In this document: piece after piece, positions 52,790 to 64,000 of the stretch
Layout: the number at the start of each line of letters is the position of its first letter
How positions within the stretch are numbered: position 1 is the stretch's first letter
Source of the DNA: Haliotis rubra
Taxonomy: Eukaryota
Assembly: GCF_003918875.1 (NCBI RefSeq)
Contig: NW_025765942.1
Span: 1 to 64,000 of the forward strand
DNA length: 64,000 nucleotides
Direction: 5' to 3'
The notes under the pieces: model-generated
What the model was told of the DNA's origin: nothing
What the model saw: only the letters and a program-made list of their open reading frames with translations
Databases searched by the model: none
Translations under genes and position numbers: made by a program

Positions 52790-55700
52790 CAATGTGTGTC
52801 ACCATATAAATCCACGTACAGCAAGCAGCTCTCTGGGACTTATGACATACTTAAATATATTTCAAGTTCACTGCAGTTTTGCGAGATGTTGTTGAGAAGG
52901 ATAAGTCATCTGCCACTATTTTCATTGTAATATTTCGGTAATGTCGATGTGTCCCTCCCATGATGTCTTGGACTCCGTGTAAACGTGGGATATTTTATGG
53001 TGTTGACCGAATAAAGTGTTACAATGTTCTGTTTTGTGTCTATTCTTTAAGTGATCGAGTGAGTGAGTATGGTTTTAGGTCGCCTTTAGCAACATTTGAG
53101 CAATATCACGGTGGAGGACACCAGAAATGGGCTTCACATATTGTACCCATGTGGGGAATCGAGAACCGCATGAAGAGCCAACACTTTAACCACGAGGCTA
53201 CCCCATCGCCCTTTCTCTTTAAGAATGAATGAAGCAAGTGAGTGTAACGTACTGTTGAAGACAGTGAATAAAGTTTAGGTTTAACCCGTACAAGCAGATA
53301 TCCAGTCACATGGCGCACGTACACAGGTTGGTCCGTGAAATGTAACATTACTAGAGACAGACACTACGACATATGACTTCCTGAATGTACAATTACATGT
53401 ATGAACGACAAGTTTCCTTAATGTTGACCTCATTTGCTGGTTACTTTGGTGAGAAAAGATTACCCAAATCATTACTTTCTTAGATTGTAAAGAGTCTTCA
53501 TCTATCCCTGCTATGATTCAAAACATTTACACTTTGGTTTTGTGTATCCACTGGATGTTTGTGAATATATTTCCTAATAAAACTTAATACTACTGCCGGA
53601 TGCACCTTATCTTCATGTTTGTGTAACCGTTGTGGAGAGAATGATCAGAGCAAGGTAACCCAGTTAAAGACAGTGAATAAGTGCGGGTTCACGCCCTGTC
53701 TGATAGCATGGCTGTGTTCACTGTAGACTGGCCTCATGTATACAGGTATATCAGATACACAGGGCTACTGAGAATCTGGACACCTAGAACATGATGATGT
53801 ACTGAATATGGCGTCATACTTCACGACCGGTTATAATTACTCCATTGTTGTCATTCAACTGTTACAAAAGGAGCTTACAGTTGTTTTAAGTTTGTAGTTA
53901 AGTAAGAGTAAACTTTCTTGTTATGCATCTTTTTTAGTAACTCTACTTTGAAATTTCGAAATGCGGATAACAACACTGACATGAATGTTTCATTTTGAAG
54001 CAGCAGTCATGGGCTTCTGGTAGACATAGCAGACACAGTTGTGGACAGACACACACACAGACTCCTCCCCTCCCTTTCCCCCTTCAACACATACGCCCGA
54101 ATATAGAAAGTGCACGTACACACACACGCACGCACACACACGCACGCGCGCACGTCCGCACACGCACAGCGCAGAGACTGGGACGCCATGTTATATGTCC
54201 TATTTACGTATCATGAACACTGTGCATTGCTATTTGGCGGAATGGGAAGGTATCCGTGAAATGTAACACACGTAACCAGATTGCTGTTTCTAAATGGCGC
54301 CAGTTGACATTAATTGTGACTGTGTATTAGAAACGGTTCGTCATGGTGACCATTATGACACAATTGTCTCTAAACCTATCTGCCCGTGAAGATCCGGGTT
54401 AGAATTGATCTTCATTAACACATGCTCGCCGTAAAAGGCGACTATCGGGATCGGGTGGTGAGGCTTGCTGACTGGGTTGACCCATGTCATCGGTTCCCAA
54501 TTGCACAGGTCATTGCTCATGCTGTTGATCACTTGATTGTCTGGTACTGACTGAATTATTTGCAGACAGGCGGCATATGGCTGGAATATTGCTGAGTGCA
54601 GCGTAAAATTAAACTCACTCACTCTGTGAACCTACTGAAGCTCGATAAGGGAGCGAAGCCAAACCTCCGTTAAATAGCAGCATTGTAATAAGCTTTAGAG
54701 AGTCGCCGTTACACGTGTGTGTTCTTTTGTTTGCAAATAATAATTATGCTGTGGACACAGACGATTGCTCAGTACACTGCTTGTCTAGTTTAAAAATGTA
54801 TCGAAAATACATTTTCAGTGTTAGGTGCGTTTATACAATATTTATAAGAAATAAATTAAACTAAAAGAGAGAACTGACTTGTGGACATATTAATGGCGGT
54901 GACAGATTGAAGATAGCGTGAGATACTTTAATTGAACAAGGACAAGTTGTTTGAATTAAATTCTTTACAGTTTAAACCTACTATACAAATGTTGGCACAA
55001 CATAGTGCTTACTGTTGACACAGACACGCCAATAATGTGTGCATCAGAGACCATATTTATGGTGCTAGTGCATTGTGTAAGTGCATCCCATGCATTGTGT
55101 TTAGGGGTGGTGATAAACAGAAATGGTGGTGCGTTCATACGATGTCTGTCTTTGAAACGTTTGTTAACGCTTATACTTCCTATCCAAAGTGAAAGTTCAG
55201 GTTCCCGTGTATATTTAACAGTATATTATACTACCTCAAAACTAAACTGTTAACAAATGCAGTTTAGCGAACTTAACCCAGCATTTCCGATTGTAATATA
55301 AGGGAGATAACACTAGGTGGAGGTATATTTTTAGACTGGTTTGTCTGTCGTAGAGCGCACGCACCTTACCGCTGCTGGGACTTTAGGTTACACAACACCA
55401 AATGTTTTCCCATAGACTTCTATTGTAAAGTAATATATTTCTTTAAATCATCCAGGATGTCAACAGCCATTCCATGTACATATGTGTACAGTCTGGACTT
55501 TAAACTACAGTACAAAACCCACAAATCCCGGCTAACTTATCGTGCTAATTTTCCGAGCACAGGAAGCTGAACACTTCAACCCCATTTCTGCACCAAATGT
55601 CGCCTACATGAAAATATCTGTACACACAATAAGCATAAGTCGTGGTGATAAAAATGACAGCACTAAATACTTAACATTATTATAGGTTTTAATTGCTGGA

Positions 55701-56601
55701 TGGATGTGCTTTTAAAAACCATAAAAATCTTACACTATTTCATCCAACCACATCTGTCACATGTCTCTATCTCTTCAGATGTTTACATACGGTACTCGCT
55801 CTGGGCGCATGTCCTCCTCATTTAGTGTAGTGGAACCTGTAAGGACAGCGTACAGGTCTAGCTATGTCGTCTGCTGTCAACATATCCGTGAAGTCTGTTG
55901 TGACTATATCCGTGAAACTGTTAGGGAACGATACTGTAGACAACATTATTTTCACGGACCACCCTGTATACATGTGACCGTGACCACATGTCTGTTTGCA
56001 CAGGTTAAACCCGAACTTCAGTCACTGTCTTCCACAGTACGTATACGTTACACACACATGCTTCATTCATTCTTAAAGAGAGACACTAAACCCAAGATGA
56101 AGAAAACATTGTAAGTCTTTAATGCTTCATTAGGCTAACACCTTCATAGAATATCTCATGTTTACACCTTGTCAAATGATGATCCGTGAAGCATGAGGCC
56201 ATGTTTACAATTTACGGAACTGAAAGTCTCTGCATGGCTTTGACATTACATCACATTACATGATAACATACCTGTGGCAAATACAAAAGTAGTCCCCTTT
56301 GTAGTTTTGAGTGTTTTAAGTGTGTTTGGGGATGTTCAATGCGTTCAACTACAGCGTTAAGACAAACTCTCTGCAACCCAGATTCCGGAAAGTGTATCAA
56401 TATTTGGAACAAGGTCCACGGAACAGTCCACGGATCGGTTATAAATAGCATTACAAAGTTAGTTTCGTATGCATGTCATTATAACAAAAGATCCGCGGAT
56501 ATTCAAACAATCCGTTCTACCCTACATAACGTAGAGATATATCAGAGTTTGCCAGTGTATCTATCGTTGTGGGAGAGAGCGCACCTCGAGGCGCTGTGCT
56601 C

Positions 56602-57483
56602 ATGGCAGGTCGAAGATGGAACAAGTTGGCAACCTTCAGAGGAATATGTCACAGCATGAAGAAGAAGCTGTGCTGCTGTGCCTGGTCAGGGTGTCAGGTA
56701 GGTGTCTCCAACTGTCGCTCATATATACTTAATCTACCATGGTCCTACTTGCTTCCTTCCTTCCTTTCTCCCTACCCTCCTTTCTCCTTAAGTCCTCTAC
56801 CAAATTAGGATCCTCAAATTGAGTTGATTAATTCATAATATTCATAGTAAAGAGTTGACCTATGATGGCATGTGAAGTTACCAATCAAATTCCATTCACA
56901 CTTGGAATTCAGATTCTCAGGGAAAGAAATCTATGTTATTGATGACTTCATAATTTTAAGACTCACGCATACTATCACAATGCGGGCGGTGGGGTAGCCT
57001 AGAATAAATTTCTCATAGAAGGTGAACGTTAGAATATATTCCGCATAGAAGATGAATATGAATATGATATATTTGGCGTAAATTACACAATTCTTTGTAC
57101 TCGTAGTGTCATATGTTGAAGTTGCTGTTTTGCCCTGTCGTCAGTTGGTGCCACCAGACGAGGACTGGGAGGACGAGGACCGCCTGACAGAAGATGAAAG
57201 AAGGTCGTGTGTGTCAGAGAGGACCCTGTTCCTGGTGTCTCAACACGTGGGCGGGGGTTTCCAGATGCTGGGTCTGAGACTGGGGCTTCAGTACCACAGT
57301 GTGGAGAGGTGCACGCTGTCATAGTCTTCGCCTCAGATGCAGATATTCGCCATGCTGAACACGTGGAGACAGCGGAAGGGAAGACGGGCAACTGTTGAAG
57401 TCCTTGTTCAAGCCCTGTCTGACAGCATGTCGGTCTGCACGGTGGACATGCCTCATGTCTACATTTTGATCCGTGAAATGTAA
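56602..57483 (+). pseudogene. Death-domain gene copy 5 with a premature stop (exons 56602-56697, 57145-57483)
   Basis: CAG>TAG at 57322-57324, mid-domain. Confidence 0.8.
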
Positions 57484-59349
57484 CAATTTGTGTCACCATA
57501 TAAATCCACGTACAGCAAGCAGCTCTCTGGGACTTATGACATACTTAGATATATTTCAAGTTCACTGCAGTTTTGCGAGATGTTGTTGAGAAGGATAAGT
57601 CATCTGCCACTATTGTCATTGTAATATTTCAGTAATGTCGATGTGTCCCTCCCATGATGTCTTGGACTCCGTGTAAACGTGGGATATTTTATGAAGGTGT
57701 TGACCTAATAAAGTCTTACAATGTTCTGTTTTGTATCTATTCTTTAAGTGATCGAGTGAGTGAGTACGGTTTTAGGTCGCTTTTAGCAACATTTGAGCAA
57801 TATCACGGTGGAGGACACCAGAAATGGGCTTCACATATTGTACCCATGTAGGGAATCGAACCCGGGTCTTTCGCATGACGAGCCAACACTTTAACCACGA
57901 GGCTACCCCATCGCCCTTTCTCTTTAAGAATGAATGAAGCATGTAAGTGCAACGTAGTGTTGAAGACAGTGAATAAAGTTTAGGTTTAACCCGTACAAGC
58001 AGATATGCAGTCACATGTCGCACGTACACAGGTTGGTCCGTGAAATGTAACATTACTAGAGACAGACACTACGACATATGACTTCCTGAATGTATAATTA
58101 CATGTATGAACGACAAGTTTCCTTAATGTTGACCTCATTTGCTGGTTACTTTGGTGAGAAAGATTACCCAAATCATTACTTTCTTCGATTGTAAAGAGTC
58201 TTCATCTATCCCTGCTATGATTCAAAACGTTTACACTTTGGTTTTGTGTATCCACTGGATGTTTGTGAATATATTTCCTAATAAAACTTAAGACTACTGC
58301 CGGATGCACCTTTTCTTCATGTTTGTATAACCGTTGTGAAGAGAATGATCCGAGCAAGGTAACCCAGTTAAAGACAGTGAATAAGTGCGGGTTCACGCCC
58401 TGTCTGATAGCATGGCTGTGTTCACTGTAGACTGGCCTCATGTATACAGGTATATCAGATACACAGGGCTACTGAGATTCTGGATACCTAGAACACGATG
58501 ATGTAGTGAATATGCCGTCATACTTCACGACCGGTTATAATTACTCCATTGTTGTCATTCAAATGTTACAAAAGGTGCTTACAGTTGTTTTAATTTTGTA
58601 GTTAAGTAAGAGTAAACTTTCTTGTTATGCATCTTTTTTAGTAACTCTACTTTGAAAATTCGAAATGCGGATAACAACACTGACATGAATGTTTCATTTT
58701 GAAGCAGCAGTCATGGGCTTCTGGTAGACATAGCAGACACAGTTGTGGACAGACACACACACAGACTCCTCCCCTCCCTTCCCCTCCCTTTCCCCTTTCA
58801 ACACACACACCCGAATATAGAAAGTGCACGTATACACACACGCACGCACACACACGCACGCGCGCACGTCCGCACACGCACAGCGCAGAGACTGGGACGC
58901 CATGTTATATGTCCTATTTACGTATCATGAACACTGTGCATTGCTCTTTGGCGGAATGGGAAGGTATGCGAACACACGTAACCAGATTGCTGTTTCTAAA
59001 TGGCGCCAGTTGACATTAATTGTGACTGTGTATTAGAAACGGTTCGTCATGGTGACCATTATGACACAATTGTCTCTAAACTTATCTATCCTTGAAGATC
59101 CGGGTTATAATTGATCTTAAGTGACTCATGTTTGTCGTGACTGGTGACTAACGGGTTCGCGAGGTCAGGCTCGCTGACTTGGCTGATCCCGTTAGTCGCC
59201 TCTTACGACAAGCATGGGTTACTGAAGACCAATTCTAGCCCGGATACTCAGGTATCCAGTAAACATTAGGACATAAGGTATGCATAGACGTATCCATTTT
59301 CCAGTCAGGCAATATGTCAGTTCAGAAAGTTCAATATATTGTAATAACC

Positions 59350-61131
59350 ATGTACATATAGTAAATAGCGTTAAGTCCCACCACTGATAAAATAAATCAT
59401 TTATATATAGTAAACAGTGTTAAATGTAATCACTGGCTAAATCGAGCTAGTGGCGGTATAGAAAAAAAATTGAAATTACAAATTGCGGATAACAAAGCAC
59501 GGACCCACTCAGTGTCGGAATTTACTTGCGTCATATCAACTCAATGAGCAGTCAAAGAACTTTATTGGCTGTTCCAGTCACGTGATTATTTCAGTGGCAT
59601 TATAGATAACGCCTTGAGCGCGCATCGAGCACACAAAGTGGAATTTAACCCAACTGTTCAAATGAGTCCCGGAGTCTGATCATGAAGGTAGGTGACTTCA
59701 GGCATCGTTCCACATTGACGTTAGCGACGCGACTATCAACGTCTATGTAAAAGTTTATCGGCTTAAGGTCAATTGTTGTCTTAGGATGATAGCACTGTTG
59801 ATTACTTCCTTGACAGTATTTGGAAATTGAACCATGTCTGTGTGAGATAAGTACGCATGGTACTACTCTGTTTACTCTGGTTATAAATGTGTTGGTGTCT
59901 AGTTAAAAGAGTTTCTAATCAATTCTTTTCTTCACTGCACCTCTAAGGCATGACGGGGTCCTATTTATAGATGGGAATTTCCAAGCTCTTGATCAATGGG
60001 TATTTTTAACACATGGGATTTCAGGGACTTGTTTGTGTTGCTACAATGAGAAGACCAGCGTTAAATATTTAAATTGGTAGGAACCTCAGTGCTGGCGTGG
60101 CATGAACCTTAAATATATACATAATCATTCCTTTCGCATTAGAGAAAGATTTGGTTGGGTTGTTGTTTTACGCCGTACTCAGCAGTAGTCAACCTATATG
60201 GCGGCGGGCTGTAAAGAATCGAGTCTGAACAGACAATGCAGTGATCAACAGCATGAGCATCGATCTACGCAATTGGGATACGATGATATGTGTCAACCAA
60301 GTCAGCGAGCCTGACCACCCGATCCCGTTAGTCGCCTCTTACGACAAGCATGGGTTACTGAAGATCAATTCTAACCCGGATCGTCACGGGCATTAGAGAA
60401 AGAGCTTGGCGGAAGGGAAGCTATGGACTTTGGGGGGAAATTAAGCTACAGGCAAGTCAGTGGAAGGTTAGATCCCGTGTGTAACTCAATAAGGTAACCA
60501 AAGGTTCTGGTAATAAAACTACGATCACTGTTATGTATACCCAGACAGTATATTGTTTTGTTCATAACATCAACCACCAGTTTGCCTACTCCAGACTGGT
60601 TAGAATAAGTGTAGTATTGGTGTTTGTGGCGTTGAAATCAAACAAATCAAAGTTATATGAGAAATCCGTGAAATGTAATAAATCCTACTAAATTTGACCA
60701 TGCAGGTTTACATACTGTACTATTGTACAGTATAAGTAACCATGGTAACCCGCATGTAGTTTTCCTGTAAACAAGTTTGTAACTATGGTCCTTGCCACCA
60801 TAACATAATCGCAAAACGATGAAATTAATAACTGACGAAGACAGATGCATGTGACCCAATACTTCAATAGTGAAACAAGTTATTCCGGCAATGAATGTTA
60901 CCTACAGCAGTCATTAAACGTGTGCAAAGTGTGCTTAACAGAATTATCACTTTTAAAATCATTATTGAATTTGACTCAGGTTGTTACATTGCGAGTAAGG
61001 ATTGACAGTCTGGTGACTTTGAGTGCAGTAAGAAGTCGTGCGTTCATAAGTAGGTCAATGGCGGTTTTAATACTATGCCTTCTCGGATTTCTTTAACTTT
61101 CGATTCAAGTTGGTAATTCGCATACCTTGTA
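59350..61131 (+). repeat. Duplicate of block ~40900-42676
   Basis: Long near-identical stretches (e.g. ORFs 42410-42640 vs 60845-61096). Both copies diverge after CGCATACCTTGTAC. Confidence 0.9.
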
Positions 61132-61152
61132 CGCAAGTATTATAGGCATTAG

Positions 61153-63172
61153 ATTATTGTAGCAAGTACAATAATCTAATGCCTATAATACGAATAGGAG
61201 AGATATATATATTTTTTATATGTGTATTAGCCTGTTGAGGCGGAGTCTTGTCCGATGAGATATGTATTAGCCTGTTGAGGCGGAATCTTGTCCGATGAGA
61301 TATGTATTAGCCTGTTGAGGCGGATTCTTGTCGGACGAGATATGTATTAGCCGTTGAGGCGAATTTCCTTGAGAATAGGAGAGAGATATTTATTTTTTAT
61401 ATGTGTATTAGCCTGTTGAGGCGGAGTCTTGTCCGATGAGATATGTATTAGCCTGTTGAGGCGGAATCTTGTCCGATGAGATATGTATTAGCCTGTTGAG
61501 GCGGAGTCTTGTCCGATGAGATATGTATTAGCCTGTTGAGGCGGAGTCTTGTCTGACGAGAGTGGTACAATGGTTCACCATGAGGGTGAATGTAGCCTGT
61601 CGAGGCGTAGATATATAAATAGCTCAAGTAATATTCATTGCGGATGGCTACTGTCAGTGGGCTCCTACCGGTAGCGACCCGCAAGAGCCGATGCCAGCCT
61701 CCCCTACACCACTGACGAAACTAGCCGTTGTTGCCCAAAGCTGACTGTTCGCCACTGCGCAGGGATACGGAAGGCTCACTATTATGTGGATGGGCAGCTT
61801 TGGTTATTGACGTAAGAGCCACAACAACAACAAACAAACAAAATAAACAAAAAAACACAAAAAAACGAATTCAGGCCACATTATCGTGTGACACACCTTC
61901 ACGGTACATGGAAAATAGAACAGCGCCAACAGACAACAAACCAATAAACAAAAGCAACTACTATTAATCACAGAGACTCAACCCTTGGTAGTATAAGGTT
62001 TTGTTTCATAATCACATTTAAACTGGAAACTTTACAAAGACACGCACCTATATACACCACCATGCTGGAATGGAGACTGTTGCGAAAACATGCGATCTGG
62101 TTGGCCCTTGGACCGGATGTAGAGACGGTTATACTTTTATGTATACAAACCAACACTATACTTGAAAAATAACGTCAGGTATTGCTATTGGACTTGTCAG
62201 GTGCTAGTTACGACAGTGAGAAGACTTTGTAACGTAATCAAGGCACATACTTTTGCCGTCTCTATCAATGCGTTTCTTGCATGCGGGAAGTGGGTTACCC
62301 GTTGAACGTCATTAAGTTTTACGTGCGTTATTTTCAATTGTGGTAGTCTTTTAGATAGTCACATATATTCCGTTGTGTACTTTACTGTTACAGTATCTAT
62401 ACTATTGTAATTAATATCCATATATAGCATGGCTCCCCTTGGTGACGACTACGATCACAAGATCACGTTATGGGGTATAAATTATGTCGCATGCCTCTGT
62501 TTTTGAAGTGCTTTGGATCATATATGTTTAAGGTGGGGGAACGTTGGGGAAAACCATAAACGAAATGGAAAGATAACAGGGCCGAACTCAAAGTGTTCTG
62601 TCAATTCATGGCCGTAGGACCAAAATTAACTTCCAGAATATTATTTTATTATATCGTCAAAGGGAGTTATACACATATATAGTAGATACCCATAGTTATT
62701 GTTGTTAACAAATATGTATTAGTATTGGGATTGATACCTTATACACACCGGGTAGCGGAATGAATTTATGTTATACTCAGTCGTAAACAATTGAACCATT
62801 TTGTATTCATTTCTCGTGGGTGATATGTTGCTATGTTAGTAGTTGTTGAAACCATTTTAACCAACGGGATTGTGAACCGTTCTATATGTTGTTGTACTCG
62901 ATTGTATTTCAAAACGGTTGCAGTCTACTGGCTCTGTCTGTCACATTCAAAAACAAAAGAATGAAAAATCAACAAAACCATTTGGCACAAACTTGGATCC
63001 CTGCGTCACAGAACTTAGAGTGTGTGGGCACACTCTTGGTCAGAAAGGGGGTCGTATTATAGGCATGAAATTGTAATATTGATAAAGATAGAACTTAGAG
63101 TGTGAGGGCACACTCTTAGTCAGAAAGGGAGTCGTATTATAGGCATTAGATTATTGTACTTGCTACAATAAT
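61153..63172. mobile_element. ~2-kb segment bounded by a perfect 41-bp inverted repeat
   Basis: ATTATTGTAGCAAGTACAATAATCTAATGCCTATAATACGA (61153-61193) and its exact reverse complement at 63132-63172. Confidence 0.6.
61222..61560. repeat. 40-bp tandem repeat (ATGTATTAGCCTGTTGAGGCGGAGTCTTGTCCGATGAGAT) in two sub-arrays
   Basis: Direct repetition, ~8 units. Confidence 0.9.
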
Positions 63173-64000
63173 AGATATACAATTGACATTATTAATAACA
63201 GGTGATTGGGAGGTGATAAGATACAAATTATGAGAGGATTTGATAATATATTTAAGATGTGAAGTGATTGATAACGTTGTAAGGTGGGAAGTCAGTAGCG
63301 GAGGTAATAAACATGAAAGTAGGTCGTTGGAGCTGATGGGGCAAGATGAGGTGACTCATAGCATAGGTAGGGAAAAACTACTACACTATCAAGACGGAGC
63401 GGCGTGTCCGGGGACCTAGCTACCAATTCTTGGTACTCTACGAGTCATATATGGCTAGGGGAGAGAGACTCTGAGATTCCTGGAATCCACCTCACAGTCT
63501 TACAAATATGGTATTGGGGGTACGAAATAGAGGTGGGGGAGAGTAATAGATAGTCAGGTTATGGGTTATTGACCAATAGAAAAAATGGGAAAGGGTGTTG
63601 GCTGTGACGTAGGAACCCAGCTTTATGCTGGAGCAAAGCTCAGAGACGGGGGAGTGGTGCGAGACCTGAAGCCGAGAACGAGTGTGCTCCTAGGAACCCC
63701 AAGCCTGGGGTCTAGGGCGCATCAGCTCTCATCTGATTGTCACTAACTTTCGTACTAAGAAACAAACTTTCGACTGAGACTGAAGCTTCCCAGCTGAAGT
63801 CTTCTAATTATGTGACAAATAGAGTGGGTTGGACCAGCATCGCTGTGTTAATAAAACTGTGGAACGAAGATCATCGTCTTGTGGTTGCTGGAGGAACTAC
63901 GGTAAAGGTCCAAAGGGCCCTTGAGTACTGACACGGTACCTCTCGCACATCCCTTATCGTCAGGACCGAAGTACGAGGGTATACCGTAGTTCCGGTAAGA

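Larger units (their letters stand above)
29951..59230 (+). repeat. Segmental tandem duplication: five ~4.7-kb units (2+3, separated by a spacer at ~40900-47020) plus a partial unit at 29951-30512
   Basis: Death-domain exon starts at 34639, 39389, 47798, 52451 and 57145. Marker GACTGGTTTG at 32815, 37564, 50652 and 55334. Confidence 0.95.

Noticed and set aside
63400-64000. Possible LTR or promoter (CCAAT, TGACGT, AATAAA)
   Set aside because: No second LTR, PBS or coding region visible in the window; motifs alone are insufficient.

Overview
Eukaryotic, repeat-rich animal genomic DNA. The SINE and satellite content looks molluscan, probably gastropod (abalone-like); this is inference from memory. 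Main contents: (1) a very large + strand ankyrin-repeat gene (exons ~2083-2728, 3907-12085, 13703-13778) with a core of ~21 near-identical 93-99 bp ankyrin units that vary almost only at binding-surface positions; (2) the last three coding exons of Drosha on the - strand (28859-28966, 26591-26737, 23475-23575), which the ORF track misses. The 3' half of one Drosha exon plus its splice donor is amplified into a ~30-copy 61-bp array; (3) five copies of a ~4.7 kb unit carrying a two-exon death-domain-only gene with a KKKLCCC motif (three open, two with nonsense codons), each flanked by direct and inverted relics of its own 3' end; (4) a 5'-truncated DIRS-order tyrosine-recombinase retroelement, two SINE families, an L2/CR1 3' end, MITE-like elements, Penelope-like or hammerhead-like remnants and many satellites. 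Single-base indels in homopolymers break both the ankyrin gene and Drosha, which suggests long-read assembly error rather than real pseudogenisation. All calls were made by eye; no searches were run.
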